DNA from: Chiloscyllium plagiosum
Taxonomy: Eukaryota
Assembly (NCBI RefSeq): GCF_004010195.1
Contig: NC_057756.1
Coordinates: forward strand, 2,792,776-2,856,775
Reading direction: 5' to 3'
Length of the DNA stretch: 64,000 nucleotides
Made by a program: the position numbers and the translations under genes
The notes under the pieces: generated by a model
The model's input: the letters and a program-made list of their open reading frames with translations, nothing else
The model's database searches: none
Told to the model about the DNA's origin: nothing
Shown: one piece after another, positions 37,570 through 50,400 of the stretch
Layout: every line of letters starts with the position of its first letter
Position numbering within the stretch: the stretch's first letter is position 1

Positions 37570-37800
37570 GGAAGACGTTTATCATCCTACGTCTATTTGC
37601 TTTACCATTTCCTCACAACCACCATCACAGCACATCCACATCAAACCTAATGCATTATTTCTTGAACAATAGCTACCTCCACCACTTCCTTCTGCACTCT
37701 GTATTCCTCTTTTAGTGATATTTCTCGAAAACTGCCTCACCTAGATCACGTGACATATACTGAATTGTCATTCTCACGATCTTATTCTATTTGAAACGCA
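37570..37800 (-). pseudogene. MORC2: MORC-like S5/CW-linker fragment
   Basis: SRDLGEAVFEKYH (LRAMGEHLAQYW) and GNGKANRRRMINVFP (SELRYKRRRAMEIP). Confidence 0.45.
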
Positions 37801-38049
37801 CTTAACTCGAGAACGAAAATGAATAAATAACACAATGTCAAACTTTCACCCCATGCCATTCAGAGAAGGACGGAATTATCTGAAGATCTATCCTGATATA
37901 AGTATTGAGTGAATGGATTTCATATTCTTTTTCTGTAATCCCCTTTATTCGAGTTGCAAAGTATTCACCAACTCAATAAATACATTTCAGACCAAGAACA
38001 GCTTTTTAGTATAGCGATGGTCATGAATGATGATATCATCTCTTTATCA

Positions 38050-39040
38050 TTATTGCAGTCATGAATATTTTCATTTATCTGGTGACAAACGTTCACAATG
38101 TGATGCAGTACATTGATTAATGTTCAACACTGGCATCCATCTATTGTGTATTTTCCAAATTATATTAACTATTTTGCCACGTTTTGTATGTAATGTTGAT
38201 CATATCCAAGCTGCTGAATTAATGCTGCACTTGCATTCTCTTTTAATTACATAAGCACTGCAATGCTTCAGGGAAAGTTAAATTAGACATCATCTGTGAG
38301 ATGCGTTGAAATTCAGAGCAAGGAAAGATCGTGAAATTTCCTTTCGTTCCAATTGTCTACAATTGAACACATTATAAACTTCCCCAGACACAAAGAATGT
38401 AGCTATAGAAACACGACAATGATGAATGTCCGTTTCAGTTGTTTCTTGGCTGACAATGCCTTTGGATGTCTCCTAAAGGTTGTTTGCGTTTCCTCAGCAA
38501 ATCCAACATGGAACCAACAGAAATCGCACAGCAGCTGGTTATAGTCCAATAGGCTTGTTTAAAATCACAAATTGTCATAACGCTGCTCCTCCATCAGATG
38601 ATATGGAGAGATGTGCACAGGCGCAGAATATATATGTGCAGAGACAACGGCAAGGAATTTCCTGAAAATTAAGCGTTCCAAAACACAAGAAAAGGAAGAA
38701 ACACAAGTAGTGTAAATAGCGTGTTGACAAGCTGAATAACAAGTCTGTGCAAATCAATTGTGTTGACAATTGAATTCAAGAAATCTGATTAAGTTATTTA
38801 TAGCTGAATAAAAGTAAATGGATGAACAATCAACTGGTTAGTTTGGGAAAAGAGATAATTACCAATAATCTTAAGCACCTTAGTACAAGAGACAAGCCAA
38901 TTGACTGGAATAAAGTTCACCTATCTTTGAAAGTGACACTAATATTTCATCTCCGGGAGCAAATTTGCAAGTTTTTGATCTCTTATATGCTTCTTGCTTC
39001 ATTGCATGCTGTGATATTTTTAACTGCTATCCAGTCATTT
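38050..39040 (+). pseudogene. MORC2: MORC-like GHKL fragment
   Basis: ORF 38353-38544 NTTMMNVRFS..KVVCVSSANPTWNQQK ([22 protein letters not shown]) and DDMERCAQAQNIY (DNVEKFAIETELIY). Confidence 0.55.
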
Positions 39041-39199
39041 CCCCCACTCTATTAACGATTCCCCAATATTTGAATTGCCGTCCTCGTGTCTGGTCTCTGA
39101 ATTCTGACTCAACATCTTTCTTAAATTATATTCAGTGGCGCTCTCACCTCATACCCAAACATAATTCAAATGATCTGCGTTATTGATTGCTTTAAGGAT

Positions 39200-40380
39200 G
39201 TGACAAGACCCTTTGACAAAGGTCGAACAATGAATTCTGTGTATCTGGATTTTGGTAAGTTATTTAAGAATGTTTTCCAAGTTCAGGTCATTCAGAAAAT
39301 TAGAGGGTATGAGACACAAGGACATTTAGTTGTCTAGATACAAAATTGTTGGTCAAAAGAAGGCAGCAAGAGTTCGTGGAAGGAAAGTATTCCACCTGGA
39401 GATCGGTGAGCAGTGGTGTCCCGTTGGACATGTTCTTGGGCCGCTGCTCATTGTAGTTTTTATATGAATGACGAAGTGGAAAGGTGGATTAGCAAGTTCG
39501 CTGAGGATACAAACGTCAGAACTGTTGTAGACAGCTATTGAAGGTTATAAAAATACATTGACAGGATGCTGAGCTGGGTTGACAATTGCCAGACGGAGTT
39601 CACACTCAATGAATGCAAAGTGATTCATTTTGGAAGGTTCAATTCGCATGTTGAATAAAGTGTTAATGAAAAGATTCTTCGCAGTGTGGTTGAGCAGCTT
39701 TACCTTGAAGTGTATATGCATAGATCCTTCAAAGTTGCGACCCAAGCTGCTCGGTTTGTTCAGAAAGCAAATCGTGTTTTGGCTTTTACAAACCAGAGAG
39801 ATTGAGTTTAAGATCAGCGAGATTTTACTTCGATTCTACAAAATCCTGGTGAGACCAAATTTGGTTATTTTGTCGAGTACTGATCCTCTCACTATACAAA
39901 GAACAGAGATTCTTCAGAGCGTGTGCAGAGGAGAATTACCCTGGGTTATGGCATATGTCTTATGAAAAGAGTTTGAATGAGCTCAGTCTTTCCACACTGG
40001 AGAGAAGAAAGAAGAGAGGCAATTTGATAGAAGAGTACAACATAATGAGAGGCGTAGATAGACGAGGTAGCCAGAGACTTTTCACCAGAACAGATAGGCC
40101 TGTCATGCGGGGTCATAATTTTAAGGTGACTGGAGGATGATTTAGAGGAAAAGTCAGAGGCAGGCTCTTTAAGCGGAGAGCGGTGGGTGCATGGAACGCA
40201 CAGATAGCGGTGATAGTCGAATCAGAGATATTAGGCAGGTTTCGGCGACTACAGGACAAGCACATAGACAGCAATAAATTGAGGGGTGTGTAGGTTATGT
40301 TGATCTTCGATCGAGGTAAAAGCTCGGCACAACATCGTATGCCATAGGTCCTGTCATGTGCTAGACTGTTCTATGTTCTA
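39200..40380 (+). mobile_element. Decayed CR1 LINE 3' part
   Basis: YLDFGKLF, SKFAED, YKILVRPNL motifs and a TTCTATGTTCTA tail. Confidence 0.85.
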
Positions 40381-40399
40381 CACTATATCTTCATTTCTC

Positions 40400-43090
40400 A
40401 TCAATATATCTTCTTTAAGATAGCATCCGGGAATACATGCAGGTTATTCTTCTCTGCGGGCTTTTTAGAAATACTTGCTTCTTTTTTCATCTTTCAGTTG
40501 GAAATCTGTCACATTATTTGAGCTAAATCTATCCGCTTTATCCTACACCTGTTTTTGTTTTGATTCAATCTTTAGATCAAACAAGTTCTCTAATAATTGT
40601 ACAATTCTACTTTAACTTCATTAAGTTTATTTTAATTTGTTCTTCTGTTTCAAGTACTTATTAAGTTCCAACACAGGAGCCGGCACGCTGATCCGTGGAC
40701 AAGCTATATTGCTAGCAATGTTAAAATAACAGAGAGTTTCTCCTGTACTTCTATCACCAAATCTCCACTTTACATTTGACAACCAATGTTATGGAGCACT
40801 TCTCGTCTCACCATGTATTCAGTGTACGACCCCTTTTCCTAAAATAAAATGGACATTCTGAGTCACATATCTCCTCATTTGTCAGCCTTTAACTTCTTTG
40901 CCTGCTGCAGATGTGAACAAACGATGCAAGTAAATCGTTTAACAAGATCCGGCACTGCATTCTGAACCAGCCTCCGACGAGCTTGTACATTCTGGTGCAG
41001 GTTTTTAGCCTGCACCGTGCTTTTCTTTACCACTTTAAGAAAATTCACAGGCATATCCTTTTCTCCTGCATCAGTCTTCCCACTGTTTTTTTTCTCAACC
41101 ACCAACGCGTTGACTTCATGTTGCTTACCTTACTGCAGTGAAAATACATGAGCCTTCAACTTCTCTTTCCCCTCCATGGGGGTCCGCTTCACATTGTGCT
41201 AACCTACTTTTTTTTATTTTCAATGAGATCTACTTTTTCGTTTCCACTTGAAGATTTCTCTTTTCCCATTGTGTTCGGCTCATGAATTGAAATTAATGTC
41301 CGATGCAAAACTGCGATTATCAACAAAATTATGTTCATCGACAATTTCAGCTGCTCATCTTGTCGTTTTAACGCTTTGCATTCTCATTATCTCAAAAAGT
41401 GCATTTTATACTCCTCCAAACACTGTCACTTTAAGAGGGGCATATATTTGATTTATTTTTAATGTCCTTAACGGCCTTCCAAATTATATTGTTTGAATGT
41501 TTCAATTTCAATACATATGTTACCAGGGTCCCTCCTTATATTCCTAAGACATTGTCTGCAAAGTTCTGGCACAATCTCACAATTAATTTAAATAGCTTCC
41601 TGCACGTCTTCATAAATCCCACATACCTCCTCTGATAGCAAAGCAACTCCCGCACAAGGTTTACCTACCAGTTTTGTTATATCAGCAAAGCTCAGGTGTT
41701 CACTTACCAGTTCATTTGTTTAACCATTTTGTCAAATGAAACGAAAAAAAGGCTGCTATATTATTCTTGTTCAATTTCGGCAATGCTGGGATATATTTAA
41801 ACACAGACCCATCAGGCTTTTGTCTACGAATATTTTGCTAATCATCATTATCCTTCTTACAGAGCCTAACTTCTACCTTCAACTGAAAACTTTTATGCAA
41901 AGTTTGATGTTTAAGCGTTACCGTGCAAATTCCAAATTCTCTGTGTTTCTCTATTTCTTTCGTCTTTTCTTTTCCATTTCTTCTGGGAGGTGCGTCTTCT
42001 CCTTTCATCTCTGGTTTTCCAAAATGGCTACATCTTTTTCTTTATGTTTTGCCAAAGCAAATATTTCCGTTTCTCTTTATTATGCTAATGCATTTTGTTT
42101 CCTTTTCTCATTCCTCTTCTTTTAAAGGTACCTTAACTGTGCAAGTTCCTTTTCACGTTCCCGTTGCTTCATCTGCAATTGAATTCCAGGCATTTCCAAG
42201 GATTCCAATGGCATTTCCTGCAATTTTCAATGCCACAAAATTGGTACATTTGCCTCTTAGTTTTTCACTGACGAAGCAACAACTCTAGCTTTACTACCAA
42301 TTTCAAAGGTTTGACTTGCTCACTTTTTGTAAAACTCCCAAAGTCACGTCTCTCACCTCAAGAAAACTCTTCGTGAGAGAAAGAACCATTGCTGCACAAA
42401 TACTCTATAACCAAACTGAAATCAACGCCTTCTACAAAGATACTAAAAGCTACAACACATCATCTTTGAGACCAGCAACACTCAATGCAAAGTAGAATTG
42501 TAGACACATTCCCAAGAAGAGCCACCTAGTCTGACCAGACCAGACACCTTTAAAAGATCCAAACACGGCAGACTGGAACCTAACTTTTCTTACTTTAAAC
42601 GGAGATGAAAAGTGGGATTTCCAGATCGGATGCAGGAGGCAAACGACTTGGCTTTAAGCAAAACATAATTTATTTAAATACTGCACTTGTAACACGTGTT
42701 AAAAAAAAGCAGAATTTAGGGAAAAAATGACTACTGAAAGCGTAACTGACCCTTTCGAGTACCTTAGCTAATTAAATGATCCAATCCATTAACATCTGGT
42801 AAACACCCCTTGCCAAATAGGTAAATTCACATACAGATTCGTACTGTCAGGAGAGAATAATATCCAAAAACAGATTTCAGACGAATTTCAGAAGAGTTCT
42901 TTACTGAAGCTTATAACTCCGATGGACCCAAACATCGTGTAACTGCCACAACTAAAAATAAACTAGAAATAAAATCGGAACCAGGAGAACTGGTCAATAC
43001 TCTTCCATGGTAAAACTGGACATTCCATTACTTTTGCCTTTACGACCACTCTGCAACAAGCAGAACAAACTAAGTTTCTAAAAGTGAAAG
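40400..43090 (-). mobile_element. Decayed Gmr1-like Gypsy 5' part (LTR, gag, protease)
   Basis: LTR about 42530-43090 with PBS-like AAGAGCCACC; gag coiled-coil and AAEIVD motif; knuckle-protease linker in ORF 40875-41105. Confidence 0.65.
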
Positions 43091-43109
43091 CATCCAAATG
43101 CAAATTAAA

Positions 43110-43560
43110 ACTGGTGAGGTCATATAATCATATTTAATTATCTAAACAACATCCTGTGGCCTATTAATTTTGACCCAAGGTACGAGAGAAATTAAGAATT
43201 ACTTATCACATTCTGCATCGTTTGGAAGAAGAAGTTAGTCAACAAACCAAATGGTCCAATACATCTACTCTGAAATGTCGTTTATATGGGCAAATTAAAG
43301 AAATATTAAAATCTTCCTTCCAATGACATATCTGAGAATCGTTGTTCTACATTATCAGACATCATTTGAAACTCTTCTGATGTCATTTCAGCATTCAAAC
43401 TGCGTTTGAAATATAATAAATAATGACACGGAGGTGTAATGCAGAACCACATGCTGAGGTCGATGCTTGAATGGTTCACTGAGGTGCGTATCTCTGACAC
43501 TGCAGATCTGAATGCCAATTGCTCTTGCTCCATGTTCAATCAAGTAGCCTGTCTATGAGA
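43110..43560 (-). pseudogene. MORC2: MORC-like N-terminal GHKL fragment
   Basis: ORF 43306-43539 QEQLAFRSAVSEI..SSIDL..HYLLYFKRSLNAEMTSEEF (HEFLFGALAEL..TRIDI..GFMLCFLDDGCGMSPEEA), then CIGPFG (QIGQYG) and GSKLIGHRMLF ([12 protein letters not shown]). Confidence 0.6.
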
Positions 43561-43570
43561 TCACCTTTTT

Positions 43571-43895
43571 TTAGATTAGATTAGATTACATTACATTACA
43601 GTGTGGATACAGGCCCTTCAGCCCAACAAGTCCACACCGACCCGCCGAAGCGAAACCCACCCATACCCCTACATTTACCCCTTACCTAACACTACGGGCA
43701 ATTTAGCATGGCCAATTCACCTGGCCCTGCACATCTTTGTGACTGTGGGAGGAAACCGGAGCACCCGGAGGAAACCCACGCAGACACGGGGAGAACGTGC
43801 AAACTCCACACAGTAAGTCGCCTGAGGCGGGAATTGAACCCGGGTCTCTGGCGCTGTGAGGCAGCAGTGCTAACCACTGTGCCACCGTGCCACCC
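43571..43895 (-). mobile_element. HE1 SINE (young)
   Basis: Near-identical reverse complement of 35730-36052. Confidence 0.92.
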
Positions 43896-43934
43896 ATTTT
43901 GTAGCTGAAATGGAAATGCAGGTAGTGTCTTCAT

Positions 43935-44100
43935 TTGACAACAATTTATCATTGTGACACAAATGTGCATAAGCTTATCAGACGTGCTTACATTAATAAA
44001 AATACACATGTTGTGTGCATTAAGGAGGACAGTTATCAAATTTTGTTTTCACAAAGCCTGGAAACACCAGAAGGCCATGGCACATTAAAAACCGCGATCT
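43935..44100 (+). pseudogene. MORC2: MORC-like GHKL fragment
   Basis: INKNTHVVCIKEDSYQILFSQSLETPEG vs [29 protein letters not shown]. Confidence 0.55.
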
Positions 44101-44279
44101 TTCGGGCTGGTAAGCAGGCCCATCCATTCAACAGGAAGATAGGTGATCTGACATTCCTCATATCTAAAGTACACGTTGGTCGCTTGATAATAAGATTTGC
44201 TTTCATTTCAAAAAACATTTCCTTCAGGTTGGTAGCGTTTACAATGGCAGAAGGCATAGCTTTAAAATGGAGATAGTGG

Positions 44280-44870
44280 AATCAACGTCAAGTTCACCAT
44301 CCAACCATCAGACGGTCAAAGTCGGGAAGATCGCTGATGAAATCACAATGATCAGAATGATTCTCAAATCTTCAGATGCTGAAGCAGACAATGTTGTAGT
44401 GCAATTTAATCTGAACAATATCCAGGCTTGAGCTGGTAAGTGCTAAGTTAAATTCATAGCACTCAAATGTCAGGCAATGATCATCTCGTGTATGAGAAAA
44501 ACTCATCACTACCCCTTGACAGGTAATAATATTACCATACCTAAATCAACCAATACCTACATCGTTGGGGTTAACGCTGACCAAAAATTGGAATTGACTC
44601 GTGACTTAAACACAGTGACTCCAAGAGACTAGTAACATCTCGGCGAGTAATGAAGCTCCTATCTCACGAATATCCTTCTACTGTCCTGCATGGTAACTGC
44701 ATCAGAACGGTAGAATTTATTCGCTTGCAGCATCGTGTGTCAGCCTATAGCATATGGACCGCAGCTGTTTAAGAGGTGATCTCACTCTCATTTTCTCAAT
44801 GTCAACTGGGGACGAGCAACTGGTAGACTGCTAACCATGTCCATATCCACAGAGGGAATTTACAGAAAAT
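44280..44870 (+). mobile_element. Decayed L2-like LINE fragment
   Basis: ADE..DLNNIQA RT remnant; similar to 6900-7550. Confidence 0.55.
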
Positions 44871-45019
44871 AAAAGACTTGGGCAACATGTTGAAAACAGT
44901 ATAAACTCAGACAATAAATGTGCTTTTATGTACACAACGTGCCATTGTAGTCCAAATTGAATTCCGTGAAACTGATTTGAAGTAAATTATATGTGGCTAA
45001 AACGAGTTGTATTTTATGC

Positions 45020-45420
45020 AGTGGCAGAGGCTGAGGGGAGATTTGACGGATATGAATAAAGTTATGAGATGCATAGATATGGTTGTCAGTCTGAAAATGT
45101 TTCCCCAGAGTTTCAATGTTTTTGCAGGGCGGGGAAGGGGGTAAGGGGTAGACATACGTTTAAAGTGACAGCTGGAAAAGGAGATATGAGGGGCATGTTT
45201 TTACACTGTGAGTGCGGTCGGAGTTTGGAACTGACAGAGGTGTGGGGGAGGAAGATATGTTAGAGGTATTGAAGGGATTTTCATATTGGCATAAGGCTAT
45301 GCTAGAAATGGAGGAATATGCCCCAAGAGAAGACAGTATTCATTAGTTTAAATTGACGTAATGTTTGACAAAATATTTTGGAACGAAAGACAGGTTTGTG
45401 CTGTGAAGTTCTTTATTTTG
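45020..45420 (+). mobile_element. Decayed CR1 3' fragment
   Basis: RLRGDL..KVMR remnant and CR1-like 3' UTR. Confidence 0.6.
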
Positions 45421-45554
45421 TATTCAATTTTCTATGTGCATCATAATTTCAATTAAACAATGAATTCATATTTGTTGGGAAGTTAATATTAATAATTTAT
45501 GGTAAATATTCAAAACTATACTATTTCCAGATAAAACACAAAGTTTTCACGCTA

Positions 45555-45770
45555 CAGGTAACTATAGATAAAGATTTGTTTTCATTACATAATGACAAGA
45601 CATTAATATATATTTAGTAATTGCGCATGACACAAATGGCCAAAAAAATTACTCATTCTATCCTGTTTTATTGGAGGTGTTATTCTTAAATCGCATATAA
45701 ATCCATCTTGAATCTCGACATTTGATCAGTTAACTTCGGAAGCAACTCTGGAATGATCGATTCACCCATA
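45555..45770 (+). pseudogene. MORC2: MORC-like GHKL fragment
   Basis: IDKDLFSLHNDKTL ([15 protein letters not shown]) and VLFLNRI..LWNDR (CLFLSRT..TWNAR). Confidence 0.4.
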
Positions 45771-45919
45771 ATTTAAATATTTATAATGGAATAATGCGTT
45801 TATTTATACTTATTTTGTAACTTTCAGTGAGGCAATGCCTTCAGGCACAACACGGTAAATATATATATATTTTTTTTTTCCTTTTTGTTTTTGACAATCG
45901 GAAATTGATGAGAGCTTAA

Positions 45920-46180
45920 GCAATGACAGAAAAGCGACTTAAGTTTCCATATTCGAATTTAGGACGAATGAAAATAACTTATTATGTCATTCCAAAATTG
46001 CTGAATGAATTAATGAAACATTTGCAACACATTGCTTTCTCTTTTACCTTGAAGATTATTTTATACCAAACTATGGAAAACCTTGTCCAGATGCTACAAA
46101 TTGTATTTTATTATTCTCATGTACAGGAGTCAAAGAAGGAAACATACTAAACGGCAAAGATATTACAAGAACTCAGTAAT
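45920..46180 (+). pseudogene. TOPAZ1: TOPAZ1-like C-terminal fragment
   Basis: ORF 45923-46150 IPKLLNELMKHLQHIAF..VQMLQIVF..ESKKETY*TA vs IPSYLSEIEMLLAIEIF..TQILQIVL..QSRSNDDYQAA. Confidence 0.6.
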
Positions 46181-46259
46181 TGGAATTTATCAAATAAACC
46201 TTGAGCCTTTGTACCAATTGATGGGTTAAGGCATGTGAAATACCTTCGTCCACATTTCA

Positions 46260-46530
46260 CTCAATAAGTTTGCTCAAGAAAACATCAATCATCCACATTC
46301 TTAATAGCTCAGGCATCAAAAGGCAATAGCAATAACAAACATTGAAAACCATGACAAATTTATTGAACATTTCTGTATCTTAAGGCGCCTCCTATTTTGA
46401 ATTCACGAGATGCCAGTCAATTCTGTAGTTGCTCAAAATCTCAACCAAAACAAAAAGTCAGAAAAAGCTATCTTCATCATAGACTAGCAAGCTGCTTTAC
46501 AGGGAACCAGAAATCTGCAGAACTGTGACC
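46260..46530 (-). pseudogene. TOPAZ1: TOPAZ1-like helical fragment
   Basis: WFPVKQLASL (WPCDRLDVL), FEQLQN (FEVLQN), MFNKFV..IDVFLSKLI ([16 protein letters not shown]). Confidence 0.55.
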
Positions 46531-46874
46531 TTCTAATGGAAGAGATTCTTTGTAATTCACTCACGGGGTGAAGGCATTGCTGCCTGGGCAAACATTTATT
46601 GCCCAAACGGAGTTGCCCAGGGTGCAGTTAAGTGTCAACCACATTGCTATTGGTATGGAGTCATGCGTTGCTAAAAACAAAATGCGAATGAATTGGATAT
46701 TGTTGCATAAACCTCAACAAGGATCATACATTGAATTTTTAAAAATCTACAATAAATAAAGAAATTGGTAGTACAATTGACAAAAGTTCCTTAATAAGTC
46801 AGGTTTATGTTGCGCCAAATGTCTTGTCTTCCTTGATTGGTTTTCCTTGAGCAGAATTATTTTAACTGCATGGC

Positions 46875-47175
46875 TGGTTGAGACGTTGGCTCAGTGGGTC
46901 GCAGTGACGTCTCGTATTACCAGTGACATGGGTTAGGTTTTAATCTCGCTGAGTATTGGTGTGAAGATTGGACATTCTCCGTGTGTCTGCATAGATTTCG
47001 TCCCACATTGCAAAGATATGCAGATTAGCCGAATTGTCTATTGTGTTCAGGGATGTGTTGGTTGTTTGCACTATAAATGGGAAATGAAGAGTAAGAGGGT
47101 AGCCGAATGAGTTTGGAGGGTCTGTGTAGACTGGCGGGGGAAAATCGCCTGTTTGTATACTATAACGATTCTATT
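46875..47175 (+). mobile_element. Decayed HE1-like SINE
   Basis: GGCTCAGTGGG..GACATTCTCCGTGTGTCTGC similarity to the young HE1 copies. Confidence 0.6.
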
Positions 47176-47369
47176 ATCGTTACCTTATATCACATTGAGT
47201 TCAACTCTTTCTGACCAGAATAATCAGAGCTGATCATAAACTCCGCGGGAATAATTAATATCAATTATTATGTCATGCACAATGATGACCTTCCTGTGGA
47301 TTTTAATTGTTGTCATGATGAAGAAATTAAAGAAAATTGAGTAGACATCGGTCTGCAGTGCAAATGACG

Positions 47370-47690
47370 GATTGTAAATTACTGCCCACTGTATTTGCTG
47401 TTGAGGGGAAAACTCTTATTCAACAAAGGTTTTTTTTCAAGTGTAGTGTATTAATATCTGAGAAAAATCAAATAATAGTTAACAAAGACATGTAGTTTGT
47501 AAACACAAGATCTAACAAAATGAGTGATGATGCACAATGATCAGAATTATCTGCAGAAATATCTCAGCAGGAGAACAGTAATATTTTGTTTCTTTTTATC
47601 CTACAAATGAAATTTCAAGTATTTCATTACGTTGCCACAATACACTTGAGTAATCAAGAAATCAACATCGCAAATACCATGTTGCAAACA
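47370..47690 (+). pseudogene. TOPAZ1: TOPAZ1-like zinc-finger/helical fragment
   Basis: NYCPLYLLLRG (KYCKFHFNTLRG) and VFHYVATIHLSN (IFEYVATMKLRN). Confidence 0.65.
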
Positions 47691-47709
47691 AAGCACATTG
47701 CGAGCAGAA

Positions 47710-49410
47710 AGATAAACAGAAATATAGGCAAATAATCGAGGCATTGTGGTAGATTCTGTGGAGCGAAAGCAGAATGAAGGTTTTTAGTCCAGTGACCCTT
47801 CTTCCGAGCTGATGGTATTTTGTAAAAGGTTTCTTTTTTATGCATGAGATATAGTGTGGCGAGGAATTGCATGCTGACCCAGAGGTGGAGATAGATCCCA
47901 AACGAAAAAGAAAGTTAGAAAACAAAGAAGTAGGCAAAGATCAACTGAGAAGATCGAAAACTTGCTGATTGGCGCAATTAATCGCTAACAATGGGTTGAG
48001 TGTAATGGCAGCCTGTGTGATAACAAAATCCGACGTCTACGAGTGGGAAAAAGCATGGATAAAGTTGCTCAGCCTTAAAAGTGTTGATTTCTGTTTTGTA
48101 TCTAAAGGTTCAAAATGTGTCACTGTAGTACTGCAGCAAATTGAGGCAGTGATGTTGGCTGGGGAAAATGGTGCGCTATGGAAGGCGGAGGAGATGATGT
48201 CCCAATGATTTAATTGCTGGAATGTTACTGCAAAATCCTGATAATGCGCTGTGGATAGACGTTCGAATCCCACTGCAGCAGAGAGTGAAACATTAAGACA
48301 ATTTTCAAAAATAAAACATTAAGTGTTCAATGATGTTGACTGTCAGGAAACCTCCAACTCGTTTGCTAATGCCCTTCAAAGATCTGCAGCACTTACCTGG
48401 TCTGGTCTGCATTTGACTGCAGACCAAATGTAATATGGTTGACTCTTAACTGTGTCTTGGTAATTAGAGATGGGCATTAAATGCTGGCCTGGCCAGCGAT
48501 ACCATCATGCAATGAATGAATAATTAAGGCCAGAAACCCCAAAGTTCAGGGCACTGTTTTGTGGACAGAATGTAAATCGTCTGTGCAAGGTTCACAGAGT
48601 CAACGCTTAGTTTCCCCGTTGTAGAAGACACGTTACTGGCAAAGAATGCGGTAGATTAGATTGGGTGATGTGCAGGTAAAGCACTGCTTCACATTGAAGG
48701 TGTGCTTGGGCCGTTGGATGCAGAGAAAGAATGAAGTAAACGGACATTTCGTGTATATTCTGCGTTCGCAGTGGAAGGCACATTGGGCGGAGGGGTTGGT
48801 GGGGTTGGGTCCGACGTTTATGAGTGATGGCAGATTGGCCCAAGCTGTCCTCACGGGAGCGGTCTTTGGAGAAAGCTGACAGATGATGGAAAGAGACTAC
48901 GTATCTGGTTGGAGATTCCCTCTGGAGATGGCATAATTTGCAAATAATGGTACTCTGATACAGATGCTGGTGTAATTTTCGTAAGGAGAATTGTGATCAT
49001 ATCACTGATATGGAAGGGAGAGATGGAGTGAAGCGTAACATGGAAGAGATCGACCAGAACTTGTTTGAGGGAAAAGGTGGACATTTGGGAACGCACATTT
49101 TCGAAGTTGATCCCTTCAGAACAGATACGTCAGACACGGAGGAATTATGAGAATATAATAAACTCTCTTTAGGAAATAGAATGTGAGGATGTATCGTCAA
49201 GTATGGGAGCTGATTGGCTTTTGGTGCATATTGGTGTCGACGTGTTTCGTGCTGGAAATGCACAGCCGGCCAAGTAGCATCCGAGCTGAAGGAGAGTCGA
49301 ATGTATGCGTGAAATTTCGATTCTCCTGTTCTTAGTATGCTACCTGACCGCCTGTGTTTTTCCAGCAACACACTTTTTTTGCCTCTTAACCCCCTGCATC
49401 TGCAGTTCAT
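47710..49410 (-). mobile_element. Decayed Penelope-like element interrupted by a Deu-domain-type SINE (about 48080-48525)
   Basis: ORF 48633-48854 KQCFTCTSPNLIYRILC (GIY-YIG N-terminus); terminal-repeat remnants at 47710-47840 and 49240-49410; SINE 3' end GGGCATTAAATGCTGGCC. Confidence 0.6.
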
Positions 49411-49689
49411 ACTTTCCACTAGAGCATATTGGTGACCAGCCAATCCCGAGAAATCGGAAAAAAAATTGCTATGGAAGCGAAAGGAAGAATCATAAATGAA
49501 TATGGTGAATGTCAAAATAGAGTGGAAATTGAAAGCCAAATTAAGACTCATTTCCAATTTCGAATAAAACCGAGATGCAGCACTTAAAAAAAAAAATCAT
49601 TGATATTCAAGAGAAAGAGTTGTCATTATTAACCGGAATTGGACAGGAACAAAAAATGGTCCTCGTACACCATAAAACACATTGCGATA

Positions 49690-50400
49690 TTTTATCATCC
49701 TGGAAATTAAGATAGGTATGATTTTACCATGTCTCCTTTGTCCTCTAGAAAACTCAGAACTGAAGAAAGAAATCAATTTCCTAAGTGAGTATTATTCTTC
49801 AAATATTTTCTTGATTTCTGGAGAAAAAAAAGGTATTTTCTTTCACTTCTTCGCTTCATTTATTTGTTATTACAAGCAACTTTGTTTTGCCTCTGGTACG
49901 CTCATTGAGAATCTTTGTTCAGAAATTCTTCACTTTCCCTCATTATCTCTGTTGTAATTTGTTGTTTATTCAAAGGGCAGAGCAAAACACACTCAAAGCG
50001 GTGCAACAGCTTGAGAAGGAAGATTGTAACAACTTTAAAGAGGAAAAATAAAATGTTGGTCCAGCCCATCATGCCCAAATCCCCAACATTTTCATAAGTC
50101 CAAATATACACCTTGAACATCTTTTTTTTAATCATTATTATCGTTATCAGAATTGTTCCAAACATTTTGATTTCTGTGCATGGAGGAAGAAATGAACTAA
50201 TGGTTGTTTAAAAACGAGAAGATTATTAGTCTGTCCAAAACTGACAGTGGCCTTTTTGCCTCAATTATATTATCGCTTGATTGCAGAATTACTTGCCCAC
50301 TAATATTCTATAGCAATCATTAAACTCCGTTATTTTACACCAAACATAATGTTGTCATAATACGTTCTAGAGTACAAACACGACGGATTGAATCTTTTCT
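49690..50400 (+). pseudogene. MORC2: MORC-like fragments (GHKL end, CC1 start, VQTKRL motif) out of order
   Basis: QRAEQNTLKA (TRAEQEVKKA) near 49975 and PLFYTKHNVVIIRSRVQTRRI ([22 protein letters not shown]) at 50325-50390. Confidence 0.5.

Noticed and set aside
44130..44270. Possible TOPAZ1 LKEMF..IIK fragment on the minus strand
   Set aside because: Single weak motif only.
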